From: an uncultured Thermoleophilia bacterium
GTDB lineage: Bacteria > Actinomycetota > Thermoleophilia > UBA2241
Assembly: GCA_963715985.1 (NCBI GenBank)
Contig: CAVQSP010000004.1
Span: 1-64,000 of the forward strand
DNA length: 64,000 nucleotides
Reading direction: 5' to 3'
Part shown: one piece after another, positions 14,668 through 23,954 of the stretch
How positions within the stretch are numbered: position 1 is the first letter of the stretch
Layout: the number at the start of each line of letters is the position of its first letter
The notes under the pieces: model-generated
What the model was told of the DNA's origin: nothing
Database searches by the model: none
The model's input: the letters and a program-made list of their open reading frames with translations, nothing else
Position numbers and translations under genes: made by a program

Positions 14668-16227
14668 ATGCCCAACGAAGACGGCACGCCCACGGTCGAA
14701 GAGCTCAAAGCCAAGGCGTACCAGCCCATGGAGGACGCCAAGGTCCTGCACCCCTTCTACAGGGGCAAGATCGAGACCACCCTCAAGTGCTGCATCCGCG
14801 ACTTCCAGGACTTCGGCATCTGGTACACACCGGGCGTCAGCGCGCCCTGCCTGGAGATCAAGGAAGACCCGGAGAAGGTCTACGAGTACACCAACAAGTG
14901 GAACACCGTCGCCGTGATCAGCGACGGTACCCGCGTGCTGGGCATGGGTGACATCGGGCCCAAGGCCGGCATGCCCGTGATGGAGGGCAAGAGCCTCCTC
15001 TACAAGTACCTCGGCGGCGTGGACGGCTTCCCGCTCATGGTCGACACCAAGGACCCGGACAAGTTCATCGAGTTCGTCAAGCTCGTGCAGCCGGGCCTCG
15101 GCGGCGTCAATCTCGAGGACATCGCCCAGCCCAAGTGCTTCCGCATCCTCGACACGCTGCGCGAGGAGTGCGAGATCCCCGTGTGGCACGACGACCAGCA
15201 GGGCACGGCCTGCGTCACGCTCGCCGGCCTCATCAACGCCCTCAAGGTGGTGGGGCGGCGCATCGACGACGTGAGCATCACGTTCGTCGGCTCCGGCGCC
15301 GCCAACGTCGCCATCAGCCGGCTCATCTTCGCCTACGGCGCCGACCCCGCGAAGTGCCGTATCGTCGACAGCAAGGGCATCCTCGGCAAGGACCGCTCGG
15401 ACATCGAGGCCGTCAAGGCCGAGTGGGTCGACAAGTGGAAGTACTGCCAGATCACCAACGCCGAGGGCCGCAGCGGCGGCATCGCCGAGGCGCTCAAGGG
15501 CGCGGACGTGTGCATCGCCCTCAGCAAGCAGGGTCCGGACACCATCCTCCCGGAGTGGATCAAGGGCATGAACACAGACCCGGTCGTGTTCCTCTGCGCC
15601 AACCCCATCCCCGAGATGTGGCCGTGGGACGCCAAGGCGGCCGGCGCCGCGGTGGTGGCCACGGGCCGCAGCGACTTCCCCAACCAGGTCAACAACTCGG
15701 TCGGCTTCCCCGGCATCTTCCGCGGCACCCTGGACGTGCGCGCCAGGACCATCACCGACGAGATGTGCATGGCCGCCGCCATAGAGCTGGCCAAGGTGGC
15801 CGAGGACAAGGGCCTGAGCGCCGACTCCATCATGCCGACCATGGACGACTGGGAGGTCTTCCCGCGCGAGGCCGCGGCCGTCGCGATGAAGGCTGTGGAG
15901 CAGGGCATCGCGCTGCGCACCGACATCACCTTCGAGCAGGAGGTCGCCGAGGCCACGGCCATCATCGCCCGCGCCCGCGGCATGGTGCAGGACCAGATGG
16001 CCATCGGCTACATCCCGATGCCTGAGGGCAGCCGCGCCCCGTCGCCCACCAAAGCCGCGATGAAGGCCGTCGCCCGCGGCAGCGTGGACGTCGCCGGCGA
16101 GTACATGGACAAGGCCGTGGACGCCATCGGACCGGCCGCGCAGAAGGCCGCCGACGCGGCCCAGTCCGCGGCCGACAAGGTGGCGGACGCCATCCGCAGG
16201 GCCACCGAGCGCAAGAAGGGCGAGTAG
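14668..16227 (+). CDS. NAD(P)-dependent malic enzyme with C-terminal extension
   Basis: [64 protein letters not shown]; GGGAGG RBS. Confidence 0.93.
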   Translation: MPNEDGTPTVEELKAKAYQPMEDAKVLHPFYRGKIETTLKCCIRDFQDFGIWYTPGVSAPCLEIKEDPEKVYEYTNKWNTVAVISDGTRVLGMGDIGPKAGMPVMEGKSLLYKYLGGVDGFPLMVDTKDPDKFIEFVKLVQPGLGGVNLEDIAQPKCFRILDTLREECEIPVWHDDQQGTACVTLAGLINALKVVGRRIDDVSITFVGSGAANVAISRLIFAYGADPAKCRIVDSKGILGKDRSDIEAVKAEWVDKWKYCQITNAEGRSGGIAEALKGADVCIALSKQGPDTILPEWIKGMNTDPVVFLCANPIPEMWPWDAKAAGAAVVATGRSDFPNQVNNSVGFPGIFRGTLDVRARTITDEMCMAAAIELAKVAEDKGLSADSIMPTMDDWEVFPREAAAVAMKAVEQGIALRTDITFEQEVAEATAIIARARGMVQDQMAIGYIPMPEGSRAPSPTKAAMKAVARGSVDVAGEYMDKAVDAIGPAAQKAADAAQSAADKVADAIRRATERKKGE

Positions 16228-16261
16228 TCCGCGGCCCGGCCCTTCGCCGGGAGGACGTCGC

Positions 16262-16546
16262 GTGAAGCAGTGTCCGGCCTGTGGCACCGAGCTGCCGGCG
16301 GATGCGTCCGCCTGCGCCCACTGCGGCGGCTGGTGGCTGCCGGACGGCAGCTTCCACACGCCGTGGGACGAGGAGATGGCCCGCCGGGCCGCCGAGCGGC
16401 AGCGCAAGGTCGAGTGGTCCGAGCGCCTGGGCAGGCTCGGCCGGCCGCTGCCGCTCTGGTTCCTCGACCGCCGCTCCGGGTGCGGTGTGGTCGCGGCGGT
16501 GGCGATCGCGCTGCTGGTCGCGGCCGCGGCCGCGACACTGACGTGA
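16262..16546 (+). CDS. Zinc-ribbon protein with C-terminal membrane helix
   Basis: CPACG..CAHCG and a hydrophobic C-terminus. Confidence 0.6.
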   Translation: MKQCPACGTELPADASACAHCGGWWLPDGSFHTPWDEEMARRAAERQRKVEWSERLGRLGRPLPLWFLDRRSGCGVVAAVAIALLVAAAAATLT

Positions 16547-16564
16547 TGAGGGAGGGAGACTGAC

Positions 16565-17419
16565 GTGCCCCAGGTGAGAGAGCTCGACGTCGCACAGGTC
16601 ACGGAGGCCGTGAAGGCGCTGTGCATCACGGCCAACTACGACCTGCCGGCGGACGTGTACGAGGCGTTGTGCGCGGCCCGCGAGACCGAGGAGAGCCCGG
16701 TGGGCCGCGAGGTCCTCGGGCAGCTCATCGAGAACGCCGACATCGCCGCGCACGACCGCGTGCCGATCTGCCAGGACACCGGCTTCGCCGTGGTGTTCGC
16801 GGAGGTCGGCCAGGACGTGCACCTCGTGGGCGGCGACTTCGCCGCCGCCGTGGACGAGGGCGTGCGGCAGGGCTACGGGGAGGGCTACCTGCGCAAGTCG
16901 GTGGCCGAGGAGCCCGGCCACGCGCGCCGCAACACCAGGGACAACACGCCGGCCATCCTGCACACCGCGCTCGTGCCCGGCGACCGCGTGCGCCTCACGC
17001 TGATGGCCAAAGGTGGCGGCGCCGAGAACATGAGCTCGCTCACCATGCTCAAGCCGTCGCAGGGCTGGGCGGGCATGGTGGACGCCGTTGTGGACACGGT
17101 GAGCCGCGCCGGCTCCAATCCGTGCCCGCCGGTCATCATCGGCGTGGGCATCGGCGGCACCATCGACGAGGTCACGCTGCTCGCCAAGAAGGCGCTGCTG
17201 CGCGACGTGGGCAGCACCCATCCGGACGCGCGCATCGCCGCCATGGAGGACGAGCTGCTCGAGAGGATCAACGCGCTCGGCATCGGCCCGCAGGGCCTCG
17301 GCGGCCGGACGACCGCCCTCGACGTGTTCATCGAGGAGATGCCGAGCCACATCGCCAGCATGCCCATCGCCGTCAACGTGCAGTGTCACGCACAGCGGCA
17401 CAAGACCGTCGAGCTCTGA
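16565..17419 (+). CDS. Class I fumarate hydratase/tartrate dehydratase alpha subunit
   Basis: PICQDTG, GYLRKSV, NTRDNTPA, KGGGAEN, NPCPP, GIGPQGLGG, HIASMP, NVQCHA. Confidence 0.92.
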   Translation: MPQVRELDVAQVTEAVKALCITANYDLPADVYEALCAARETEESPVGREVLGQLIENADIAAHDRVPICQDTGFAVVFAEVGQDVHLVGGDFAAAVDEGVRQGYGEGYLRKSVAEEPGHARRNTRDNTPAILHTALVPGDRVRLTLMAKGGGAENMSSLTMLKPSQGWAGMVDAVVDTVSRAGSNPCPPVIIGVGIGGTIDEVTLLAKKALLRDVGSTHPDARIAAMEDELLERINALGIGPQGLGGRTTALDVFIEEMPSHIASMPIAVNVQCHAQRHKTVEL

Positions 17420-17436
17420 GGGGGAGGGGAGGAGAC

Positions 17437-17994
17437 ATGGCAGTGAAGAAGATCACCGCGCCCCTCACCGACGAGGCCGTGCGGGACCTGCGCGCCGGTG
17501 ACGCCGTGGAGATCACCGGCGTGGTGTACCAGGCGCGCGACGCCGCGCACAAGCGCCTCGTCGCGCTCCTCGAGGCCGGCGAGGAGCTCCCGTTCGAGCT
17601 GCAGGGCGCCGTCGTCTACTACATGGGGCCGAGCCCGGCCAAGCCCGGCAACGTGATCGGCTCGGCCGGGCCCACCACCAGCGGCCGCATGGACGCCTAC
17701 GCGCCGCTGCTCATGCGGCACGGCCTCAAGGGCATGATCGGCAAGGGCCTGCGCACGGCCGAGGTCAAGCAGGCCATGATCGACCAGACCGCCGTGTACT
17801 TCGCCGCCACCGGCGGCGCCGGCGCTCTGCTGGCCAAACGCATCGTCGGCAACGAGGTCATCGCCTGGCCGGAGCTGGGCGCCGAGGCCGTGGCTCGCCT
17901 CGAGGTCGTCGACTTCCCCGCCATCGTCGTCAACGACTGCTACGGCGGCGACCTGTACGAGGAGGGCCGCGCCAAGTACGCGAAGACCGTCTAA
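17437..17994 (+). CDS. Class I fumarate hydratase/tartrate dehydratase beta subunit
   Basis: ARDAAHKRL, YYMGP, SAGPTTSGRM, MIGKG, GGAGAL, ELGAEA; strong RBS. Confidence 0.92.
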   Translation: MAVKKITAPLTDEAVRDLRAGDAVEITGVVYQARDAAHKRLVALLEAGEELPFELQGAVVYYMGPSPAKPGNVIGSAGPTTSGRMDAYAPLLMRHGLKGMIGKGLRTAEVKQAMIDQTAVYFAATGGAGALLAKRIVGNEVIAWPELGAEAVARLEVVDFPAIVVNDCYGGDLYEEGRAKYAKTV

Positions 17995-18187
17995 GGCCGG
18001 CGCGGCCGGCGGATGCCGCGCCATGGAGGGCCGCCGGAGTAGGCGGTCCGACCGGGGCGGTACGTTACCGATCGGCATCCCCGGCCTTCGCGCTCTGCGC
18101 GTGGCCACGCCACGCTGCCGTATCCGGGCATGGACCGGCAAGCTCACGACATGTCGCGCGATGCGTCATGGTCGCCGCGCCACCTGT

Positions 18188-18217
18188 GTTGCAGAATGCA
18201 ACCGCGCGGGGTACTCT
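18188..18217 (+). promoter_or_regulatory. Putative TA-operon promoter with palindromic operator
   Basis: GTTGCA-gaa-TGCAAC inverted repeat (18188-18202) overlapping TTGCAG-N17-TACTCT upstream of the antitoxin. Confidence 0.5.
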
Positions 18218-18245
18218 CCTGAATGAGGGAGAGGAGGCCACGGCC

Positions 18246-18500
18246 ATGGCCATCCTGCACATCCGCAACGTCCCCGACGACCTCTACGAGACGGCTTCGG
18301 CCCGCGCGCGATGCCGAGCATCGCTCTCTGTCGGCGGAGGTCATCGACCTGTTCGAGGCCGGGCGGCGGTCATGCGGACCGCGCGCCGGACGTCGACGAG
18401 GTCCTGGACCGGAGCTCAGGGTCATCCGCGAGCTCCGCTGGCTCCGGTGCCGCTGGGCTACGCGGCCGATCTGGTCCGTGAAGAGGCGTGGCGATATCGA
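18246..18500 (+). CDS. Ribbon-helix-helix antitoxin (FitA-like), frameshifted
   Basis: MAILHIRNVPDDLYE...AEHRSLSAEVIDL; GAGGAGG RBS. Confidence 0.7.
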
Positions 18501-18976
18501 GCCGGTCAGCCGGAGGGCTGCGTCCTCGACGCGAGCGTCGGCGCTGGCGCTCGTTCTCGAGCGAGCCGTCTGGGAGAGAGCCGTCGCGAGACGTCTCATT
18601 CGGCTCGCTATGCGCTCGATGCCGGCGCGCGAGTCGCTGTGTCCCCTCCTTCTTCGATTGTGAATGCGCCGAGCGGTCTCGTTGAGGGCGGCGCGGCGGC
18701 GCGGTTGACTCGATGGCACGAGAGCGGCAGATGCGACTCCTCGATGATCCTCGTCCTCCAGATCTCTGTCGATCGAAAACGTCTCCTCGGCCACCACGGT
18801 CCTGGACGGCCTCCTGAGCTAGCTCTCGAGCACGGGCATGTCCGGCGTACGACGCCGTCTACGTCGCGTTGGCTGCCGAGGCGGGTCTGCCGCTGGTGAC
18901 CGCCGACGCGCGCCTCGTGCGAGCACTCGCCGGAAGCCCGCACGACGTCATCCTGCTCGACGACGTCGTGCTCTGA
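18488..18976 (+). CDS. vapC: PIN-domain toxin (VapC family), frameshifted
   Basis: VLDASV near the N-terminus and YDAVYVALA..AGLPLVTADARL near the C-terminus, in different frames. Confidence 0.75.
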
Positions 18977-19084
18977 CTCGCGGTCCGCGGCCCGCGCCAC
19001 ATCGGTCTCGATCCGGACCACGAGGCCCCGGCGGAACGGCTTCACCGCACGTAACGGATACAATCCGGTCATGAGGGCCACCCC

Positions 19085-19663
19085 ATGACCGCGTGGGTGT
19101 TCGCAGTCGGCCGCATGCTGGGTCTGGGCAACCTGGCCGGCATCCGGCCGTCGCTGACGCTCGCCACCATCGCCATCGTCTCCAGGCTCGGCTGGGGCCC
19201 GGGGCTCAACGACACCTTCGACTTCCTCGACTACTGGCTGGTGATCGTCGTCTTCGTCGTGCTTGCCCTCTTCGAGTCGAGCTTCGACAAGATCCCCAAG
19301 CTCGACCGTCTGCTCGGACGGCTGACCATGCCGTACCGGCTGGTCATGGGCGGCGTCGCGGGGGCGGCGACCGTGCCGTTCGGCTGGCAGGGCGTCGTGG
19401 CCGGGGCGGCGCTGGGCGCCGGCAGCGCCTGGTGCGCCCAGTACGTCAAGGCGCTCTCGCGGCCGCGGACCGTGTCCAGCGACAACGTGCTCACGCTTCT
19501 GAGCCTGTGGGAGGATCTGGCCGCGTTCGTCGGCACCCTGCTGACGCTTGTGATCGCCCCCGTCGGGTACGGCATCGCCGCCTTCACGGGCATCGTCTAC
19601 TGGCGCCTGCGGCGCCGGCGCAGGGTCAAGTATCGGCACCTGCGGGACGGGAAGTCCTCGTGA
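19085..19663 (+). CDS. Membrane protein (DUF4126-like)
   Basis: LAGIRPSL, FESSFDKIPKLD, LSLWED; several TM helices. Confidence 0.7.
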   Translation: MTAWVFAVGRMLGLGNLAGIRPSLTLATIAIVSRLGWGPGLNDTFDFLDYWLVIVVFVVLALFESSFDKIPKLDRLLGRLTMPYRLVMGGVAGAATVPFGWQGVVAGAALGAGSAWCAQYVKALSRPRTVSSDNVLTLLSLWEDLAAFVGTLLTLVIAPVGYGIAAFTGIVYWRLRRRRRVKYRHLRDGKSS

Positions 19664-19700
19664 TGCCCGGCAGGCCAGTCCCGCGGAACGTGGTGCGGTC

Positions 19701-20735
19701 ATGACCGACGGTCCGGTCTCCGACGCCGGAGTGCGCCGCGTGCGCATGGTCGACGAGCAGCTCGTGGGCCGCGGGCTCCGCGATGAGGCCGTGCTGGCCG
19801 CGATGCGCTCCGTGCCGCGCCACCTCTTCGTGCCGCCGTACCTCGACGGCGAGGCCTACGCCGACACCCCCCTGCCCATCGGCTACGGTCAGACCATCTC
19901 GCAGCCGTACATGGTGGCGCTGATGACGGCGCTCCTGCGCGTCGATGTGCGCTCTCGCGTGCTGGAGATCGGGTCGGGCAGCGGATACCAGACGGCGGTG
20001 CTCGCGGAGGTGGCCGGCGAGGTGTTCGCGGTGGAGCTGCTGGCGCCGCTCGCCGAGCGCGCTCGCGGCGTGCTCGCCCGCCTCGGCTACGGCAACGTGC
20101 ACGCGGCCATCGCCGACGGCACGCGGGGCTGGCCGGAGGAGGCGCCGTTCGACGGCATCCTCGTGGCCGCTGCCTCCAAGGAGGCGCCGCACGCGCTGCT
20201 CGAGCAGCTCGTGGAGGGGGGGCGCCTCGTGCTGCCGCTCGGTGACCCGCACCGCGACCAGGTGCTCACGGTCTTCCAGCGGACCGGCGACTCCTGGTCC
20301 CAGCAGCGCGACACGGGCTGCCGTTTCGTGCCGCTGCTCCGCGACGGCGAGCCGGAGGTGGTGACCGGCGGCAGGGTCGCGGCCGGCGCCATCCCGAGCC
20401 GCGACCGCACGTCCTATCGTATCGACGGCTCCGCCGACCGGGCGGGCGAGGAGGAGGCCCCAGCCATGAAGACGGTCTCGGTGCGCGTGAGCGGCGCGGT
20501 CCAGGGCGTGTACTTCCGCGCCAGCGCGGCGCGCGAGGGCGAGCGCTTCGGCCTGGACGGCTGGGTGAGCAACGAGCGGGACGGCAGCGTCTCGCTCCTG
20601 CTCCAGGGAGCCATCGACGCCGTGGATGCCATGCTGGCCTGGTGCCGCGTGGGGCCGCCTGCGGCGCGCGTGGACCGGGTGGAGGTGGCCGATGCAAAGG
20701 CGGACGACTCGCTCCGCGGCTTCGAGGTGCGCTAG
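19701..20735 (+). CDS. pcm: Protein-L-isoaspartate O-methyltransferase, read in frame into acylphosphatase
   Basis: MVDEQL..RG, VPRHLFV, PLPIGYGQTISQPYMVA, VLEIGSGSGYQ, GWPEEAPFD, RFVPL; no stop before the acylphosphatase domain. Confidence 0.88.
   Translation: MTDGPVSDAGVRRVRMVDEQLVGRGLRDEAVLAAMRSVPRHLFVPPYLDGEAYADTPLPIGYGQTISQPYMVALMTALLRVDVRSRVLEIGSGSGYQTAVLAEVAGEVFAVELLAPLAERARGVLARLGYGNVHAAIADGTRGWPEEAPFDGILVAAASKEAPHALLEQLVEGGRLVLPLGDPHRDQVLTVFQRTGDSWSQQRDTGCRFVPLLRDGEPEVVTGGRVAAGAIPSRDRTSYRIDGSADRAGEEEAPAMKTVSVRVSGAVQGVYFRASAAREGERFGLDGWVSNERDGSVSLLLQGAIDAVDAMLAWCRVGPPAARVDRVEVADAKADDSLRGFEVR
20466..20735 (+). CDS. acyP: Acylphosphatase (own RBS and ATG inside the pcm ORF)
   Basis: VSGAVQGVYFR, GWVSN..DGSV, WCRVGPPAARV; GAGGAGGAGG upstream of ATG 20466. 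Confidence 0.85.
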   Translation: MKTVSVRVSGAVQGVYFRASAAREGERFGLDGWVSNERDGSVSLLLQGAIDAVDAMLAWCRVGPPAARVDRVEVADAKADDSLRGFEVR

Positions 20736-21416
20736 ATGACGGGCGCGGACGAGCGGCGCGTGACGCTGGACGACGTGCGCCGCGACCACGAGGTGCAGGT
20801 CTTCATCGACAAGGCCAACGAGAATCTCGGCGTGCTCGGCTACACCGAGCACGGCCCGCGCCACGCCGGGGTCGTCGCGGCCACCGCGCACGCGGTGCTG
20901 ATCGGGCTCGGTCACCCGGCACGCGAGGCCGAGCTGGCCGCCATCGCCGGGTACCTCCACGACGTGGGCAACGGCATCAACCGCCTCGACCACGGCATCG
21001 CGGCCGCGCTCTTCAGCCAGCACGTGCTGGAGCGCCTGGGGATGCCGGCCGAGGAGTACGCCGAGGTGATGTGCGCCATCGGCAACCACGAGGAGGAGTA
21101 CGGCGAGGCGGTGAGCGCCATGGCCGCGGCGGTGATCCTCGGCGACAAGTCCGACGTCCACCGCAGCCGTGTGCGCGTGCTCGACCCGGACACCGAGGAC
21201 ATCCACGACCGCGTCAACATGGCCACCACGCGGTCGGTGCTCGCGGTGGACGGACGCGCGCGCACCATCACGCTCGAGCTCGAGATAGACACCGGCATCA
21301 TCCAGGTGATGCAGTACTTCGAGATCTTCCTCGAGCGCATGGTGATGTGCCGCAGGGCGGCGGAGTTCCTGGGCTGCGCGTTCGAGATCGTCATCAACGG
21401 CACCCGGCTGCTGTAG
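20736..21416 (+). CDS. HD-domain phosphohydrolase
   Basis: GYTEHGPRH, GYLHDVGN, AIGNHEE, DKSDVHRSRV, DIHDRVN. Confidence 0.85.
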   Translation: MTGADERRVTLDDVRRDHEVQVFIDKANENLGVLGYTEHGPRHAGVVAATAHAVLIGLGHPAREAELAAIAGYLHDVGNGINRLDHGIAAALFSQHVLERLGMPAEEYAEVMCAIGNHEEEYGEAVSAMAAAVILGDKSDVHRSRVRVLDPDTEDIHDRVNMATTRSVLAVDGRARTITLELEIDTGIIQVMQYFEIFLERMVMCRRAAEFLGCAFEIVINGTRLL

Positions 21417-21478
21417 GTGGCCGCGTGCGAGCGGCTGTAAACTAGCGACGGAGCAGGCGAGCGAGCGGAGGTACCACG

Positions 21479-21823
21479 GTGGGCAGAGCCACGGACAAGG
21501 TGGAGAAGACGGAGGTCAAGCGCGGGCGCCGCGGCGGCTTCCTGCTCGGTGCAGTCGCCGGCGTGGCGCTGGGCGTGTTGCTGGCGCCCAAGAGCGGCAA
21601 GGAGTTGCGCGCCAGGCTGTTCGGTGAGGACGGCCTCGGCAGCCAGGTGGACCGCCTGAAGGGCGCCATGGGCGCCGGCAAGGACTCCGCAGCCGGCCAG
21701 TCCGAGGCCCTCAAGCGCAAGATCGAAGAGACCCGCGAGCGGTTGCGCCGGCAGATGGACCTCGGTGGGGACGCGCCGGGCGGCGAGGACGCCGCGGGCG
21801 CCTCCACGCCGCCGGCGGGGTGA
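21479..21823 (+). CDS. YtxH-like protein
   Basis: GFLLGAVAGVALGVLLAPKSGKELR followed by a helical region. Confidence 0.8.
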   Translation: MGRATDKVEKTEVKRGRRGGFLLGAVAGVALGVLLAPKSGKELRARLFGEDGLGSQVDRLKGAMGAGKDSAAGQSEALKRKIEETRERLRRQMDLGGDAPGGEDAAGASTPPAG

Positions 21824-21836
21824 CGCGGGGGCGGCG

Positions 21837-22724
21837 CTGAAGCGCCTGCTGAAGGCGGCGGCGGCGCTCGAAGGAGCCGCCGCCCTCAGCCTGCTCGCCA
21901 TGCTCTACGAGGCGCAGTGGGTGCGCCGCGTGGACCGGCGCCTGCCGGCGCCGGGCGTGGCGCCAGAGCTCGACGGCCTCGTCGTCGTGCAGCTCTCGGA
22001 CTTCCACGTCGGGTTCACACCGAGCTTGAACCTGCGCGCCGCGCGCAAGGCCGTCGACCTGGCTCTGGCCGCCGGGCCGGACCTGGTGGCGATCACCGGC
22101 GACTTCGCCGGCGGTCCGTACGGCAACGACTTCCTGATCCGCCAGCTGGAGCGTCTCGTGGCCGCGGCGCCGCTCGGCGTGTACGCCGTGCTGGGCAACC
22201 ACGACCACGGCCACAGCAAGGCGCCCTTCGTGCGCCCCACGGACCCGGGTGTGTTCGCGCGCTGCGGCGTCCGCCTTCTCGTGAACGAGACGGCCAGCGT
22301 GACGCGCGGCGAGGGCGTCGTGCAGATCGGCGGCATCGACGACACCGACGGCGGCCATGACGACCTTCCCGCAGTGCTGGCCCGGCTCGATCGCCGGCCC
22401 GGCGTGCTGCGCCTTCTTCTGTCGCACCACGCGGAGACCGTGCGGGGCACCGCGGTAGGGGACTTCCACATGACGTTCTCAGGGGACACCCACGGCGGCC
22501 AGATCTGCCTGCCGCTGCCCGGCCGCCGCATCCTGCTGAGCGACCTGCGGGCGCCGTTCGCCGAGGGGGCCTACGACGTCGCGGGCCGGCCGCTGTACGT
22601 CACGCGCGGCGTGGGCACCAGCCTGCTCCCGATCCGCGCCTTCTGCCGCCCCGAGGTGGTGGTGTTCCACGTGGACACCGGGGCCAAGGACGCCGTGGCC
22701 GCAGGCGCGGGGGAGGCCGCGTGA
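21837..22724 (+). CDS. Metallophosphoesterase (YkuE/YaeI-like); start uncertain
   Basis: QLSDFH, ITGDF, VLGNHD, LSHH, GDTHGGQI, YVTRGVG. Confidence 0.85.
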   Translation: MKRLLKAAAALEGAAALSLLAMLYEAQWVRRVDRRLPAPGVAPELDGLVVVQLSDFHVGFTPSLNLRAARKAVDLALAAGPDLVAITGDFAGGPYGNDFLIRQLERLVAAAPLGVYAVLGNHDHGHSKAPFVRPTDPGVFARCGVRLLVNETASVTRGEGVVQIGGIDDTDGGHDDLPAVLARLDRRPGVLRLLLSHHAETVRGTAVGDFHMTFSGDTHGGQICLPLPGRRILLSDLRAPFAEGAYDVAGRPLYVTRGVGTSLLPIRAFCRPEVVVFHVDTGAKDAVAAGAGEAA

Positions 22725-22775
22725 GTCGCAGGCGCGTGAGTCGCAGGCGCGGGGGAGGCCGCGTGAGTCGCAGGC
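22701..22775 (+). repeat. Short tandem duplication spanning a gene junction
   Basis: GTGAGTCGCAGGC occurs three times and GCAGGCGCGGGGGAGGCCGCGTGAGTCGCAGGC twice. Confidence 0.75.
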
Positions 22776-23098
22776 TCGTGACCCTCGGCTTGGCGCTGCT
22801 GCTGGTGGCGCTGGCCCTGCAGCTCGCCGCCTGTGGCACCAACGACGATCCCTACACCGGTCTGTGGTGGGAGCCCTCGTCGGGTCTCCGCCTGGAGATC
22901 CGCAAGGACGGCGGCGCCTACACGCTGCAGGTCGGGACCGACCTGCAGCGGTACACCGCCGAAGTGCGCGGCGAGGAGCTCTACGTGGCGCGGTCCCAAG
23001 GCGGCGACATCACCGTGAAGCAGGCGCCCGAGGGCCGCCTGGACCTCGTCATCGGGGGCACGTCGAACCGCCTGCAGCGCGCCCCGCAGCACCAGTAG
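22763..23098 (+). CDS. Putative lipoprotein
   Basis: Signal peptide ending in lipobox LAAC; GGGAGG RBS before GTG 22763. Confidence 0.7.
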   Translation: MSRRLVTLGLALLLVALALQLAACGTNDDPYTGLWWEPSSGLRLEIRKDGGAYTLQVGTDLQRYTAEVRGEELYVARSQGGDITVKQAPEGRLDLVIGGTSNRLQRAPQHQ

Positions 23099-23846
23099 GC
23101 GCGGGGGTCGCGGGAGCCGCCGACGCAGCGGCTGCGCGGCCGGGGCTCGCCGCACGCCGGCCGCGGACGAGAAGCCAAGTGACGACCGCGGCGTACAGGA
23201 CGGCGGCCACAGGGCCGGCGAGCTCGCCGGCCTCACCGCCGGCCCCCAGCTCGCCGAGTTCCGCGACGCCGCGCCACATCAGGTACGTTCCGAAGGCCAG
23301 CAGCAGGACGTTGAGCACAGAGAAGACGACCCTCATGTTGAGACGCGCGCTGCCGCGGTAGGCCGCATACCCGAGGGCGGCCGCGGCGGCGAGGCCGGCC
23401 ACGCCGCCGAGCAACGCCGCGGGGCTGCCTTCATTGCCCACGGCCGCGAACAGGAACAGAGCCGTCTCCAGACCTTCGCGCACCACCAGGAGGAACCCGA
23501 GCCAGAACAGTCCGGAGCCGGCGGCCGTCGCGACCTTGTCACCGAGCTCGCTGCGCAGAAGATGCGCCCGCCGGCCCATCCACAGCACCATCCAGGCGAG
23601 GACGAGCGCCGCGGCGAGCATCGTCACACCCTCGAAGGCAGCCTCAGCCGTGCCCTCCAGCTCCGCTCCCGTCGCGAACAGGATGGCTCCGCCCAGCACG
23701 CTGACCCCCGCGGCGGCGGCGACGCCCAGCCAGATGCGGCGGCGCGCCAAAGGATCCCCGGAGCGAGTGGTCACCGCGAGCAGCAACCCGATGAGCAGTG
23801 CGGCTTCCAGACCTTCGCGCAGCGTGATGAGCAGTGCGGACAGCAT
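23049..23846 (-). CDS. FTR1/EfeU-family iron permease
   Basis: Two REGLE motifs (LREGLEAAL, VREGLETAL) and multiple TM helices. Confidence 0.9.
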   Translation of the reverse strand: MLSALLITLREGLEAALLIGLLLAVTTRSGDPLARRRIWLGVAAAAGVSVLGGAILFATGAELEGTAEAAFEGVTMLAAALVLAWMVLWMGRRAHLLRSELGDKVATAAGSGLFWLGFLLVVREGLETALFLFAAVGNEGSPAALLGGVAGLAAAAALGYAAYRGSARLNMRVVFSVLNVLLLAFGTYLMWRGVAELGELGAGGEAGELAGPVAAVLYAAVVTWLLVRGRRAASPGRAAAASAAPATPAPTGAAGRAAGGSTCPR

Positions 23847-23857
23847 GGGGCTCCTCG

Positions 23858-23900
23858 TGGATAGGATTACCTAACTACCATAGTTAGGGTAGCCTAACTA
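23858..23900. promoter_or_regulatory. Tandem DtxR/IdeR-type metal-repressor boxes upstream of the FTR1 gene
   Basis: Perfect palindrome TAGTTAGG-gtag-CCTAACTA (23881-23900) plus a degenerate copy TAGG-atta-CCTAACTA; AT-rich patch. Confidence 0.75.
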
Positions 23901-23954
23901 TCTGGAGCCGACAACCCCCGCGCCGGGCCGGTCAGCGCTCGCTGCGCTATGCCC

